A DNA stretch of 62,746 nt, filler included, from Choristocarpus tenellus KU-1152 (lineage: Eukaryota; Protista; Phaeophyceae), in assembly GCA_964200185.2 (NCBI GenBank). It is 7 parts of 7 records of this genome, joined end to end, with 100 filler letters (N's around TTAATTAATTAA, not from the genome) between each part and the next. Parts side by side here need not be neighbours in the genome. Positions count along the whole stretch, not along the records: positions 1 to 11,524 come from CAXNAD020002278.1; positions 11,625 to 28,634 come from CAXNAD020000734.1; 5 more parts are not named here. One strand, given 5' to 3'. The notes under the pieces are model-generated. The model ran no database searches, was not told the DNA's origin, and was given only the letters and a program-made list of their open reading frames with translations. Position numbers and translations under genes: made by a program. Shown here piece by piece: positions 1 through 13,550 of the stretch (its first letter is position 1; every line of letters begins with the position of its first letter).

Positions 1-41
1 CCCCCTCACAAACCCCCCCCCCCCCCCAGATACTTTGACCC
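1..41. mobile_element. MITE family A, right end only
   Basis: CCCCTCACAAAC...poly-C AGATACTTTGACCC, matching the end of the 56971-57155 copy. Confidence 0.8.
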
Positions 42-360
42 TCTTGTAACAATTGCATGAATGATAGCTCCAACATGAACTTTTCCTTGGAGCAACAATC
101 CGAAACCTCCGGGATAGCCGCTGTCAGTGATAAACATTCCATAATTTTCAGGTGATGCCAACTCCCAACACACATAGCAATTTACTTGTACACCATAGTA
201 CTACATATTCATATGTATGCAACAGAGTGCACTGCTGCCAATGCTCAATATTCTAAGACCTCAAAGAAGGAAAGTTAACCATGCCTACGTACGTATTTTA
301 GAATATCATTTCCGCAGGGTCCTTGTATTGATATTAAATCGGAGCACATGGGATTCCTAC

Positions 361-3300
361 CTTGTGGGTGTGACGTAATTTTGCCGCCTGAGTTTAGTCA
401 ACAAGTCAGCGGAGAGGTCAATAGTGTCCTCATGGAACGTCTGGCAGGCCTCCACAATTGATGCCCGTGTTCCCTCAGAATCGAACTCTACCCCTGAGAG
501 AAAGTTCTTTGCTACCGCCACAAGAGCATCCCCAGGCCATGCGGTGAACCAATCTGACTTGGGGGTAAAGGGAGATCAGAGGGTGTGAAAGATATGGGAA
601 GCTTGGGACTCAAACTTACGAAGCAAGGCACTTACCAGGGATTTCAAAGAGGCGTTGAACACAAAGTCTTTGGCGGGGGAGATGGAAGTGTATGGAAACA
701 GTCAAAATGACAGGAGATCACTCTGGTCGCTGGAGCATAGCAGGTTCGCTCTATTTTTTCAATGCGAAAACATTCTATGTTGCTATATAGCATGTGAATT
801 TTGTGTTGATATCATCATCCAAACAGAAGCCACAAGTTTAGCATGGATACAGAGTTGGCAGAGCTGGAATAGGCATGCCATCATCCCACCTATAACACAG
901 CAGTTGATGAGGGAAGGAAACTTGCGTAGACGGTCCCTGAATGCATCTCCAATTGGTGAGAAAGCCAGGATAATGTGAAGATTCTGTCGTACTCGGGAGA
1001 TGAAGTAGGTGTACAACTCTGAAGACGACATCTCCATTGCCTTTTTCCCATATATTTTCTTAGCCAATGGGCGCACACCCTGCAGATATTAGTCCAGGAG
1101 TTGATTCAGGGGCGAAAAGTGAGACCAAGTAGAAAAATACGGAAAAATCGGATTTGATGGTTCGGCTCACTATTTCTCCATGGCATGTATGAGACTACAA
1201 CACAAGTGCAGCTCGTTTTTTTTCGATGATATGTCGAAGATATTTGGGTGCTTAGAATGGGGTTTGAGTGGTGAAAATCACCTTTACCTCTGCAATCAAA
1301 AGAAAATTATCACAGTGTTTCAAGCAGTCTTATGTTTTGTGTAGGCACTCCATCTGTACCTAAAGTGGTTGCAATTCACACACATGATGGAAGGCACTGT
1401 AATCAGGGGGAGCATTCCGATTGGGCATATATTGAGGAGCTTTTCACCTCACCTCACATATGGTAATCTTCTCGTCACTAGCAAATATATTGGGCACCTC
1501 TCCAGAGTTTAAAATGTTGTTGATGTCCTCAACAAACGACTCATTCATGATCTGGGTATCTGAGAACAGGAATGTCATAGGCGTGCTGCCATGCATTTAA
1601 TCATGTGGGGTGCCAAGTTGGTAAGAGTGAGGCATCACCAGGAGGGTACAAGCCTGTTGAAAAGAACCTTGCTAGGAATTTCACTTGAAGTATCTCTGGA
1701 AACACAGTCTCTGTCCACTCTATTCATGTGGATTGCGATGATCCCACCACCACTCAGTAGGGCACCAATATGAGTCCACATACCATGGAGAAACAACCTT
1801 AGTCCATCTTGCATTGCTCACCTCAATAACTTTTGGTGTATCAGATTCTATGTCTATCATATATTGTAAAGTGTCACAGAGCCTCCACTGTAATGTAATG
1901 TGGCATGTAGTAATTTGACTCTTTCAGAGCAAGTACTAAGTTTGCAGGTGGAACTCTAAATTCCCACAACTCTACATTCCAACCTTCACTGAATCAACCC
2001 TATATCACCCTTGTGCTTACCATTTTTGGTGGGTATGGGGGAAGGTGTTGATGTTCGGAAAACTAGGGAATAGAAAATCAGAATAAGGGTGAACAGGAGA
2101 AGCACTACTGGAAGATATGTTTCCAAGACAATCTCGATTAAGTTTGGCATCATGGATTAGGCAAGCTGCACGAGGAAAAAAAAAACAGTATTACAGGTGG
2201 CATGCAATAGTGGTTGATGTAACCAGGTACGTTATGGGAAAATTGCACGGCATGGCAGAGAAGGTGTGATAGCTGATGCAAAAGCAGAGGCTAGGGCAGC
2301 TGAACCAGATTTGGGCTCGTGCACACCCACTAGTGCCTGTTGATTGTTTATTTTTGTCCTCACTCTCGCCTTGCTTGTATGTTACTTGCATAAGGTTGTT
2401 GTGGTATGTGATGAGTAGAGTCCAGGTCGATGGACCCTAAGATTTTTTTTTTCCATCAGAACTTAGACAATACCGGTGGTGTTGATGGCGATCTGCCCCA
2501 ACTATTAAGAGCTATGGTGAGTGTGTCTGGGTCTTGGCTGCCCCTCCTAGCTACACGAAATTTCTCTTCCACTTTCTCTTTTGTTTCAGTACTTTTTTAT
2601 TATGTAGCATCTGGAGCAACTTGTTATTCATTCTCCTCTGGCCATCTTTCGACCGTAGGTTTGAGAGTGCTCAGACCAACGTGAATAGGCTATTCAAAGT
2701 AACAAAATTCACTTAAGGTGTGAAGGAACAGGTTACTGAACCCTGAATCAATTTTTGATGTAGTTGCCAGGGGCTGGTCTGGAGAGGTAAGCTCACACTT
2801 CTTCTACTCATCTGTATTAGGTCTATATATTGTTCAGTCCTGAGTACCAACACCAGTAAGAGGTCTATGGAATGAGTGTATCAGCTTGAGGATCATATCC
2901 GAGCAAATATGACTGACTCACCTTCCTGTTCCAGCCCCCTTCAATACTGTCTTCAGGTCCTCCCTCCACTCGGTGTTGGTATAGTTCTTGCTTATTTCGA
3001 TCTGGTAAACATGAGTATATGATTTTACTTACCAAGATCATCGTCAACTGATGCTTACTTTCCATTGTGGAAGGGAATGTTGTTTCACTTTGCTTGGGTG
3101 ACAGCAGACTCCTTCAAACACTACCTAAGTGAGATGGAATTTGACATCAAGTGATCTCAAATCTCAATGTGTAGAATAATACCTGGAACAGTGTGTAGTC
3201 CGCCATGTGCACAGCAAGTCGAGCACAGCTCTGCCGACCAGAGCCCCCAACACCAACCAGTAGGCCATTGCCACCTGGCATCTTGAGGAGTCTGGCTAGG

Positions 3301-6300
3301 CGACTTACGTGTTCAACAGCAAACATGAACATCACCAAGTCCATGGGTTTGCGGGATCGAGCGTTGAAGTCTGCCAGGGATTGCACCATGATTGACTGCA
3401 GTTCCTCCAGGTCCTTCACCTCCTCATATGGCTGGTTTGTTTTGTGACATGATAGGGAACAAGGAGATGGTAAGGAATACACTGACACTTTATCTTGATT
3501 GGGTTAGAAGGAGTATCAGTGAAGGTTAGAGAGAGGACGGGAAAGTCCATTCTGGCTGTATGTGAATACATCGTGCCAAATATTTAATCATATTCAGAAA
3601 CAGGTAGGACTCCGCATAATGACCCCCATGAAAATACGTTCCAAGGAATGTGTCGGGTTGGGGTCATCAAACCACTGCATGCCTTCTCCTCTGTCCCCTC
3701 AGGTGCTATGTAATCCCCAAAGAAGAGATTACGCAGGTGTCCAGTGGTGACCCGACCTGCTCCATCTGTGTCCAAGTGCTTGAACAAGTCCTGAAACTTT
3801 GCACTAAAGTGTGTTGAGACCTAGAGTTTGATCAACAAATGGCATGCTCTCATAAGGGAAGAATATATTTGCTATTGTGACAGTGGTGTGGCATGATGCA
3901 ATCTGGTGAGGAATTTAAAGTACTGAAGTAGAAAACCTGATGATGAGTAACTTACTCTGGTTCGATCACTTGACCATTTTTTTAGGATCAGACCTATTCA
4001 ACATTCACACCATGGTATCAAGGTGTCCCAAGAACCACTCTCGGTCAGCATCATCCACAAGTCGGTCTCCAAACACCCGAAGAGACTCATGCACCCACAG
4101 TCGAATCATTTCAGGCTTTCCAAATTCTCCTGCTTGCTTGACCATTAGGATTCCCTAGTGTTATTCAAGGCAAGGGGTCAGGATTTGTAAGCTTGGGAAT
4201 ATTGCGTGCTCTTAGAGCATCTCTACATGCAATGCGGCAAACTGACGGTGAGTAATTAGAATGGGTCCAGGTTGATTGGCCTGCACCATTATAATCTTGA
4301 CTCGAGATGCATATGCCGCAATCAAACTTAAATTGTCTCCAGGTACGGTATGTGATAATTGTTGCTCAGTAATGGTTTGTGTCCCCTCTCTCATTTCATC
4401 TGTGAAGTGTCAGCAGGCATATAATATAAGCAAATAAGCCAACTACTTTCTGGCAGCTTTGTCAAGTTTCTGACTTTTGCAATCTTGTGCAAGTTAGGTC
4501 AAGCCATTCCAATTGAATTTACAATCTTCTGCTCGCTATGACCCAAAGTATCTGGGAGGGGGGGGGTCTTCACCAAAGTGTCCATTTGGACCAACACCAG
4601 GAAAAGTGCACTTTCATTATCCATTCAACGTATGGAACCATATCACCCAAAAATTGCGACGTGAAAAATTTATCTCCAAATGGACAGCCACCACCCTCCC
4701 CAGGTACTTTGAGTCAGGGTCAAAAACCGACGCCGGCATCCCCCCCCAGATACGTTGACCCTATTTTGATGATACTGCACCCATTATGAATTCTTGAGCC
4801 CGGCAGCTGACATCTGACTTATCAATATAGACTACACTATCGAATGAGACCTCCAGAAAACTTCAATCCACTCTCACCTGAACAACACGGCTAAAATCCC
4901 TAAGGTTGAATGTGTAGTGACTCTTGGTCGGGGTGGGAAGCAGGTTAGAGGTAGCACACCGAAAGGTATCAAGAGTAGCACCCACTATAGCAGGAGATAT
5001 GGATCTTATGTCAGAAGAAAACTATCATGAAGGGGGAAACAAAGCGTTCAGAGCAGGACAGAGAAGAGGCAGAGTAATGAGAGGAGAGGTTAGCCTCAGT
5101 GGAAGGATCATCACTCAACATCGCGCATCAGACAAGGAGGTAAAGGTGAGTTGTGTTGTAGTGAGTTGGACTTGAGCACGCCTGTGCCACAGTTCTGCTA
5201 CAGATTTGCAGATATGAAAGAGCATCATGTACAAGAGAGGGGAAGTTATTTCTTTGTTGCAATTGACAATGTAGAGTCAGATTATATTCTTTAGAACACC
5301 GATACCTGTACCTATCACCTCAAAAGGTGGGGAAAGATACCTGCCATCAGATGCAGGCCTGCACGAAGGGAATTATATATAGGGCATACAGTCTTGGTGC
5401 TGCTACATTGCGAAAAACTTGTATTTTTAGCATGTCCAAAGTCCTTGGTGGTTCTAGGCTTTATGCAATATCGTTTGCGAATCCTCATCTTTGGGAGGAT
5501 ACCAATGTGTTGGCCGTTGCAGAAGCCTTTTGCATAATTGCTAGATCTTTCAAATCAAATTATAATGGCAAGCTGGAAGACCTGTTACATGGTGTTCTGG
5601 AGCATTCTGTGAAGATGAAACCTCATTGTCCCACAGGTTCAACGTGAGATTCAAGGTGTGAAAGACTGTGCCGGACTGATTCAAAGTAAACAAGAGAGGG
5701 ATACATTTGAAGGATGCTGGCAATCGCGTAAAAGCCGACATGTTTTTCACAAATTCGTACAGGAACTTTTCCGAATTCTGTCCAAGTTTTTATAAAAATA
5801 TAGAGAAATCAACGCTCTCAAGTGAATCTCAGTGCTTCATCCTTAGAAATAAGATGAGTCAAAGAAGATGAAAGTAGTGGCAAAAATATGCAAAAAGCGA
5901 CCAAAACCTGGGGTACATCTTGATTACTCTGACTCAATACGGAACGAAAGTCATGCATATGGGTTAATCATTACAGGGCTAAGAGTAATGTCTAGTCGTA
6001 TAGTTGATGCTGCTGCAAGGATACCTTGTTGACATCGAAGTGCCAGTCAATGATGGTGCAGAAGATGCGAGTCAGTGTCTTGTCGTCAAAGTCCAGGAAG
6101 CAGAAGATATTGAAGTGACGCAGCAGGCGGGGGGTCACATGATTACGACCACCCCCTGGGGGGCCCATGGCTCCCATCAGAACTGTATCGATGATGGTCT
6201 GCCAAGACATCTCCTTCAAGTTGTACCTGAGAAAATCAATTTGGAGTGTTGTGTAATGTAGGCTGTGGATTAACGCCCCATCCTTGTAGCACAAAAGTAA

Positions 6301-9300
6301 ACAGTGTTGATATTTAGCGGGCACCAAGCCATCTTCGATGTTTTGTGGTGTCATTTATTCCGCCCACCAGCCTTCCTGACCACACATGTGATGGAATAAT
6401 TCGTGGAATGAAAATGTGCATCACATCTATTAGTTATGCACAAGTGAAGACCTTTTTGCACTGTTAAGGTAATGGATGAAAGGTTGGTACGAATTTCCCC
6501 AGAATGTGTATTGTCATGCTATGATTTTTTTATCCAGCGAAAGGAATGAGAATGTTAAATGGAAATCATCATGAAACTTTCTGCTACATCAGGTACCCTG
6601 CCTGCTAGATGTGGATGTATTGGGCACTCACAATGAAATATTAGATGCGGGAATATGTATTGCTAAGGAATGTGCTCACCAGCCACCGTTGTCAATCATC
6701 TGGCGTAACACCTCAAGGGGAGGTTGAGCGCCATAGGTCTCAACTTCAGGCATGTTCATGTCATCAACAAAAACAATAGCTCTCTGTCCCAAAGGAGGTC
6801 CATAAACACCTGATTTCAGATGGAGAGGCTAATTTTTTCTGCATGGTAGGATGTGATGCACTGGGTATGCAGAAAAAAAAAGGTAGATACCTACAGGTTG
6901 TGGCAGTTCAGGGCATGTTGAAATATCACACCCAGTTGTACGTTCTTGAGTCATCAGTGACATTGATTTCGCTTTCGTGTCTACGTTCACCTTTGCGCCT
7001 CTTATCGAGTTTTCCGTCAATGATATCCTGGGTCATGCTCGCACTAGTCTTAGCACTAAAGCCAAGAGTTAGCGGTTTGTACTTCTCCGACGGCAGGTCC
7101 TGTCCACAAGAGCGGAGAAGGTCACTAATAAGCGATGCTGATGATGCCCCACAGTGAGTGGTTGGTATGGTGTGATCAACAAGCAAACCTCTTCATTACT
7201 GCATGAATATCGTCCAACACTAATGTGTAGTTCAATGTCTTGTCTGTAGAGGAAAGGTAACATGCTCATATCTTGAACCAATTCAGGCTCCCAGATAGAG
7301 TCTCAAGGTAAGTACTAGTATTCAAAGTCCAACTACATGTTAGTAGTACTTAAGTTAACCTGGGGAATGTCCTTGATCTTGAATGATACTCCTACCCTTT
7401 GATCGAGCATTAAACAGGGGCAAAACACTAGAATTGACCTGCCTACGTGCCGTGAAAAGCCATTAAGACCGTATAAACGCAATGCAATACACTCATTAGC
7501 CGTCCCTCTTACACAGAAACCTTGCAAGAAAGTTTTAATTCACCACCTGAGTAATGGTGCGAAACACGTAAGTAGATTTACCGGTTCCTGTTGGACCGCA
7601 AAGAAGGACCTGCTTTGGCAAAGTAGCGATAATCACAATTGATTAGGAATATGATTGACAAGCACAAAATATCAGTAGCAAGAGCTGAATAGGAAATGCA
7701 GAACCTCTTTTTCTCGGTGATGTGCACTACATACTGCACCCTGATTACCCACTTGTTTCAATTCTTTGCAGTTAGCTCAGGAATCGTGCATGTGTAGACA
7801 TTACTTCCTGCTTATGTCACCTTGCACGAAAAGATCTTAGGTTAAAATAATGGCCTCAGAGTTCAGGGGTTGGATGAGACCCTAGTCCCTCTGCCCATCA
7901 TGATCACTGAGTAGATGTTTGAGTGGTTAAAAGTAGTATGTCACAGTATATTGCCCTTCATCACATATTGTGCAGAACAGTCATTGGCAATATTTTTACA
8001 GGAGGAAGGAGGACACCATTGTGTACCTATCGCCTAGATCAGTACCAACAACAGTTAGTGTCCTCCATTTTTCCCACCCTCCCTTCACATACTGACTGGC
8101 AATCTTTACAAACAAGCAAACAAACACACTCACAAATACTCTTTGTATAGGTATCAGTATCCATGCATTTGCTTTATCTCCATTACTCTTCCTCAGTTGT
8201 TAACTCAGAAGTAGACCTAGAGATCAAAATACAATATACGAAAATCTCACACACATCAACATACACATGCACACTTGGGGAAGCACCTAAACTTCCCTGT
8301 GCGTTAATGAGATGCAGAATGGAAGAATAGAAGGATCAAATATTTGTCATGCCCACCTTTTTATCCTTAGTTAGAAGCAACTGTAACAACATGTTGAACT
8401 GGGCAGTGTATGCATTGGGCACAACGATGTCTGCGAGGGGAGTCCCTGCAGGAATCGATAGTTCTGGTAACATGCTGACCCACGACACCCACGCACCCGT
8501 TGTCGCTGAGTAGCAGTAGCTCCGAGCATCCCCTTCCCTAGCAACACGCAGATTTGTGAGGACATGAGAAAGCTTAGCTTGAGGGGTAATCACTTGGGAT
8601 TGGGAGGGAACAAGAGCATTTGCACAACCCGATGCCAACGTTGAAGAGGAGTCTTTCTTCTTGGATGCTTCAGGGACCAAATCCTCTAGTTTAGTCAGGT
8701 GGTTTGAAGCCCTGAAGGCATGAATACATCAGTACTTGGTAGCACCATATCACAGACACAGAGAGGATAGGAAAATGAGAGAGAATATATGTGTGGAATA
8801 GTATTAAATTCTACCTGCTCCAAAACGCAACAATCTGTATGCTCACTTGTCTGGACAAGGTAAGGACAGCTTGCCCTTGAAGATTCTCCCTTCACTGGAA
8901 AAATCTGGAGGTGTCCACCCCCTTACCTGCCAAGTGTGCATGTTTCAATGAACATGGAGGAATTTAGATGTCTAGGATATCAAGCAAAAGCAAGAAGGGA
9001 TCAACTTGCATATAGGAATTGGATCCTGTGCAAGACTGCAATATAAAACGATAGGGAGCTGGAGGATTCAGAATACGCCAGACACAATATCCTCAAAGAA
9101 TGCTGATTGGACGTGAACTGCTCCTAGTTAGAGTCTTGAGGTTTCACCTGCAATGCATTGTCCACGCCTTCCCAATCCCTTTCAATTACACTAAGGTCGT
9201 TCATAATGTTGGAGATAAAGTTCAAGAAGTTCCGCTGTCCAGTCTCCCACCCAGTACACCCAATAGACCAAATTAGTCCAAACATGAAGGAGCACTCGAT

Positions 9301-11197
9301 GGAACACAATCGGGCTGCAAGAACCTGTTTGCACTCAGGTGTCGAGCAATCCAAAACAATGCACAAACACAGGGAGAGGAGGGACAGCATATTGTTGGGT
9401 TGACAGTCTGGTACTTGCGTTTTTAGTACCAGAGGGTAGGTGAATGTCGACAATGGAGTCTACGTTGAAATCCCAAAAAATAGTGTTCATGTACCTACAA
9501 CTGCTTGGTCACGGGGAGAACTGCTTGTTTTAGGGATGAGAAGAGGTCAGACTTGTTGTGAGCCTAGCAAAGGCTCTATTGCTGAGGGTGAAAACTGCCA
9601 TAGCCAATGGGATACCTTGCATGTCACTACTGTTTAAGCTGTTGTTGGATGGTAGTGCAGGGGTGATTAAGGAGTTGATGGTGTAGCCAAGCCAAGAAAG
9701 ATCGAATGAGCGAATGAGGGACAGGGGGTTGGGTAGAGGACATGGTGATAAAGGTGGTGAACTATTGGTTCTGCGTTGAGTGAAAGTATCTTAGAGGGTA
9801 CGAGTTTTTTCCCTTTTTGTCCGCTTGGGGCTTGACTTCCCATGGGTTTTATACGATGTTTTCCTACCCCAAAATGTTTTGGAGTAGGTAACATGTATAC
9901 GTTATGAAATGGGATGTCTGGAACAAGGATATTGACACTTCCCAACGAACACAATAGCCAAAATTACATCAAAATCTCAACATTGAATTTTGACCCCCAA
10001 ATGGACACAGTCCTACCCTCTAAGATAATTTTTTTATTCATCTTACCTTTGGATCAGTGGTGGCCCCTTCAGGGCCCTCTTGATTGATGACCGATTTCTT
10101 CTTAGAAGTAGATTGGCTTATTCCCCCTTCATCTCCTGCAGCCATGGCATTGAAGCCTTCGTCCAGCAAGCATTCCATTATGTTGATTAGAGACTGCACA
10201 AGGTTGGTATCAACCGTTGGGACCTGAGGGATTCAACAAGGTGGATCAACAGAAGAGAATGAAGGGGAGGGGAGCACAGGGCGTGGGGTAAAGTAAGTAT
10301 TTGAGAATGTTAGGGCTGGGCAGTGATTGGCATATCAGATGCGAGTCACAAAATAGAAGATGTCTATGTAGGTATTTTTTATGTGAATGAAACTTAGGTG
10401 ACCTGAACCTCTCCACTGTGTTAGAACTAATGCACGCAATTCATTGAAAACATTAACTATTTTCTAGTAACAATAGGTAGAGTTGATTGGCAGTGAGTAA
10501 ACAATTGACCCCAAGTCGCTCAGTGATCTCACTTTTTTTAAGGTAAAGTTGAGCCAAAGTAAGCGAAGAAGTGCTAAGTTTGACTTGAGAAAGTTGATCT
10601 CTATTGTTTTGAAAAACTTCCACACAATTTTGAAAATATGCTATACTTATTTGTAATAATAGACGAATTTTGGCTAATAGTTTGTTGGGGGGGTGGCAAC
10701 TGTCCATTTGGGGTCAATTTTTTCATGTCGCGATTTTTATGTGATTTGGTTGCACACGTTGGATGGATAATGTAAATGTACTTTTCCTTGTTTTGGCCCA
10801 AATGGACACCCTGGTGTAGACCCCCTCCTCCCCCCCTCAGATGCTTTGAGTCTTTGCACATATTTGTCAGCATCCTTAAAATGCAGGTCTGGTTTCCTCT
10901 CATTTACTGTGACATGTTTGAAAGGATGAAATACCTACAATATGTAATGTATTCAATTGGCATCAAAACCACATTTGTGATATGCTCGACCCTTGGACGC
11001 TTACCATCTCAGTAACTTCTCGGCGCAGAAATGCTAAACTAGGTTCAACAAGCCACTCAAACAGCTCTGCCACCAATTTGCACTCATTGGGCAACAAGGA
11101 AAGGTTAGGTGTATCTGTGGTTTCCTCTTGCTCCGTGTCCTCCTTGCCATCTGTTGTTTCACCTTCTGGCTTCCCCACCATCTCCTGTACCTTGTGT
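361..11197 (-). CDS. Axonemal dynein heavy chain (likely single-headed inner-arm DNAH3/7/12-like), internal part from the end of AAA2 through AAA3-AAA4; both ends missing
   Basis: Phase-compatible exons in transcript order: 11005-11197, 10047-10223, 9148-9324, 8847-8926, 8357-8537, 7547-7609, 6991-7099, 6680-6809, 6025-6226, 4878-5021, 4011-4154, 3683-3820, 3183-3431, 2922-3001, 1453-1585, 890-1079, 361-553. Motifs: AAA3 P-loop [76 protein letters not shown]4 [56 protein letters not shown]. Confidence 0.96.
4540..4761. mobile_element. MITE family A (doubled right terminus)
   Basis: GACCCAAAGTATCTGGG... inner end CTTTGAGTC at 4707-4715, outer end CGTTGACCC; flanks (c)tat/tat. Confidence 0.85.
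9778..10039. mobile_element. MITE family B
   Basis: GAGTGAAAGTATCTTAGAGGGTA...TACCCTCTAAGATA; central hairpin CCTACCCCAAAATGTTTTGGAGTAGG. Confidence 0.8.
10686..10852. mobile_element. MITE family A, left terminus degraded
   Basis: Internal GTCCATTTGG...CCAAATGGAC; ends CAGATGCTTTGAGTC. Confidence 0.75.
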
Positions 11198-11302
11198 CTT
11201 CCAGGGGGAAACAGGATTGATGAAGGGAGCATCAGAGTGTTGTGTATCATTATCTCTCAACCTGTATGCCACATTTAAATCCTGAGATCCACCTCAAACT
11301 TG

Positions 11303-11487
11303 GGCTAAAAGTATCTTGGGGGGTGGGGGCGGCTGTCCATTTGGGGGCAATTTTTTCACGTCACGATTTTTTGGCAATTTGGTTTTTGTATGTCGAATGG
11401 ATAATGAAAATGCACTTTTCCTGGTCTGGGGGAAAATTGACACCCTGGTGTAGAACCCCCCCCCCCCTCTCCCAGTTACTTTAGGTC
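11303..11487. mobile_element. MITE family A
   Basis: GGCTAAAAGTATCTTGGGG...CCCAGTTACTTTAGGTC; flanks (c)ttg/ttg. Confidence 0.85.
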
Positions 11488-11524
11488 TTGCCCCTACCAT
11501 ATCTTTTATTTTTAGAGCCGTTTC

Positions 11525-11624
11525 NNNNNNNNNNNNNNNNNNNNNNNNNNNNNNNNNNNNNNNNNNNNTTAATTAATTAANNNNNNNNNNNNNNNNNNNN
11601 NNNNNNNNNNNNNNNNNNNNNNNN
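11525..11624. other. Artificial contig spacer
   Basis: N44-TTAATTAATTAA-N44. Confidence 0.97.
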
Positions 11625-11671
11625 AACCCCAAATGGACAGCTGCCACCCCCCCCCCCAGATACTTTGAGCC
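11625..11671. mobile_element. MITE family A, end fragment at contig start
   Basis: CCAAATGGACAGCTGCCACCC...CAGATACTTTGAGCC. Confidence 0.8.
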
Positions 11672-12416
11672 AATGTGGTACGCCATCAGGTTGTACTTGC
11701 GAAAGAGAGGGTCATGATCCAGAGATATACAAGGACTCAACGAAAGGGAATTGGTACCTCATGTTGAATTATACATGAAGGGAGGAAACACTTTCCAAGT
11801 GCTATGGAACTAAGGAAGAAGCGATGGGAACCGTCCATAAACGCTGTGAGTTGTTCCGAACAGCTTCTCCTCCCCCCCTTCATGTTTTGTTCAACTTGAG
11901 GTACTAATTCCCCTTTATTGAGTCCTTGGATACCGTGGACTTCCACCCACCTCGGGCCCCTTTCTGTTCTTTTTTTTGTCATTGTGGATGCCCATGACGA
12001 AACTTCTCTTGAATATTAAGAGACATGATCATCTTGAAACGAATCTTAGTGTGCCGATCCTCTCGCAAGACCACGGTTTGGTGGTAGAAGGTTTAGGTAG
12101 ATCGAAATATGTGATGTGCCTTGTAAACCAGAATTTCTTAATACCAAACACTCGAATTAAAAAAATATTTCAACAAAGTAACCTAGAACTTCCATAATAT
12201 TTCTTGACGGTTTCACGTTTCATATTTTATTATTCTGTTGAAACTCTATTTCTGGATTAAACAATTAATTACCGACGTGTTTATGAATGAACTATGAACA
12301 GCTTGATAGTAGACAGTGGATGACGTCAAACTATGTTGAGATAATCTTGAGTGAAACTTTTCTGTGCTTTTTATCCGATTAAGCCAGTAGTGGTGAACAC
12401 ATCTCCATGTTACAAC

Positions 12417-13496
12417 ATGAGGCCCTCATATATTTTCGTCAGAAGCTACACGAGGTGTGTGTAGAAGTAAATGCAAACTTCGCAAGGTCGAGTTACCCCC
12501 CTTACATCTATTAACCAAAGTTCAACACGTCGAGGCACAGATTTGTAATATATATTAGATTTGAACCGAAGGTTTCAGCAGTTCGCAACATGTAAATCGT
12601 TGCGAAAAAGTAGAGCACTACTCCAAAGTTGACCGACGTTGCAAGTTCCGAGGTCATGTTGGAAAATATCTAACTCCTCTGTTTCGCACACCATGGAGAC
12701 AGGCGCCCCAAAATGCAGGACACCACCACAACATTGCTCCACTACTTCTTGCTCAGGGAGATGTTAAAGGTGCTATTCATCACTATCGGCGTGCAATAGA
12801 ACTCAATCCACATTGCAACAGCTCCAAAAACGACCTGGCAGTTATTCTATGGAAAAAAGGAAAGTGGGAAGCTGCACTTGCTGCTCTCCGCCAGGTGACC
12901 TTTCTCCATGGGAAAATATCAATAAATGAAATGCCCTCCTGGATGGTGTGATATTGAAGCAGGTAGATGAGACAACTATCAATTTACAGCATGGCTCAAG
13001 TGGATTATGAGAAAGTACCTGTTATCTTCACCCCTTTAAGGTGATCATGGTGAACCCCAACCACTTCGAAGGGCACCTCAATCTTTGTGCGGTTTACCAT
13101 TCCAAGGCGCACCTTGAATTGGCTGCGAAGCATGCAAGGAAGGCTGTGCACCTCAATCCATCAGACCCAAGGGGCCATAGGGCACTCGGGCAGGTGCTAG
13201 ATGAAATGGGAAACTCCACGGAATCACTGCATCACCGAAAGATTGCAGTGAGGAGGGGGCCCAGTGTGCAGGGAGTGTATCAGAGAGAAGATACCAGTGT
13301 ATTCAGGCTCCTTGCTGTACAACTCATGGCTTGTGGTGGACCTGAACGTCCACACAGTCATGCTTTCATGGATTCATACCGGGCTCTCTCAGGCAAGGCT
13401 GTTACACTGGCCAATTCAGTGAGGACAGAGGAGATACTGCAGCGTACTAAACCCGAAAGACCACAGGTACATATTAACACACACGCCACCACATGA
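12417..13496 (+). CDS. Tetratricopeptide-repeat (TPR) protein
   Basis: Exons 12579-12894 and 13041-13496 encode successive TPR-like units (AQGDVKGAIHHYRRAIELNP, NDLAVILWKKGKWEAALAALRQ, HARKAVHLNPSDPRGHRALGQVL). First exon 12417-12454 is phase-compatible but tentative. Confidence 0.75.
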
Positions 13497-13550
13497 GGGT
13501 AAACACACGAGTCATTATAATACAGTAATTTTGACACCCAAGGCAGTGTA

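Noticed and set aside
2190-2400. Possible short 3' fragment of an RTE LINE in a dynein intron
   Set aside because: Only faint peptide resemblance to the end of the 21-kb LINE; not supportable without alignment.
11569-11580. TTAATTAATTAA palindrome as a biological site
   Set aside because: Identical in all six N-gaps; an assembly linker.
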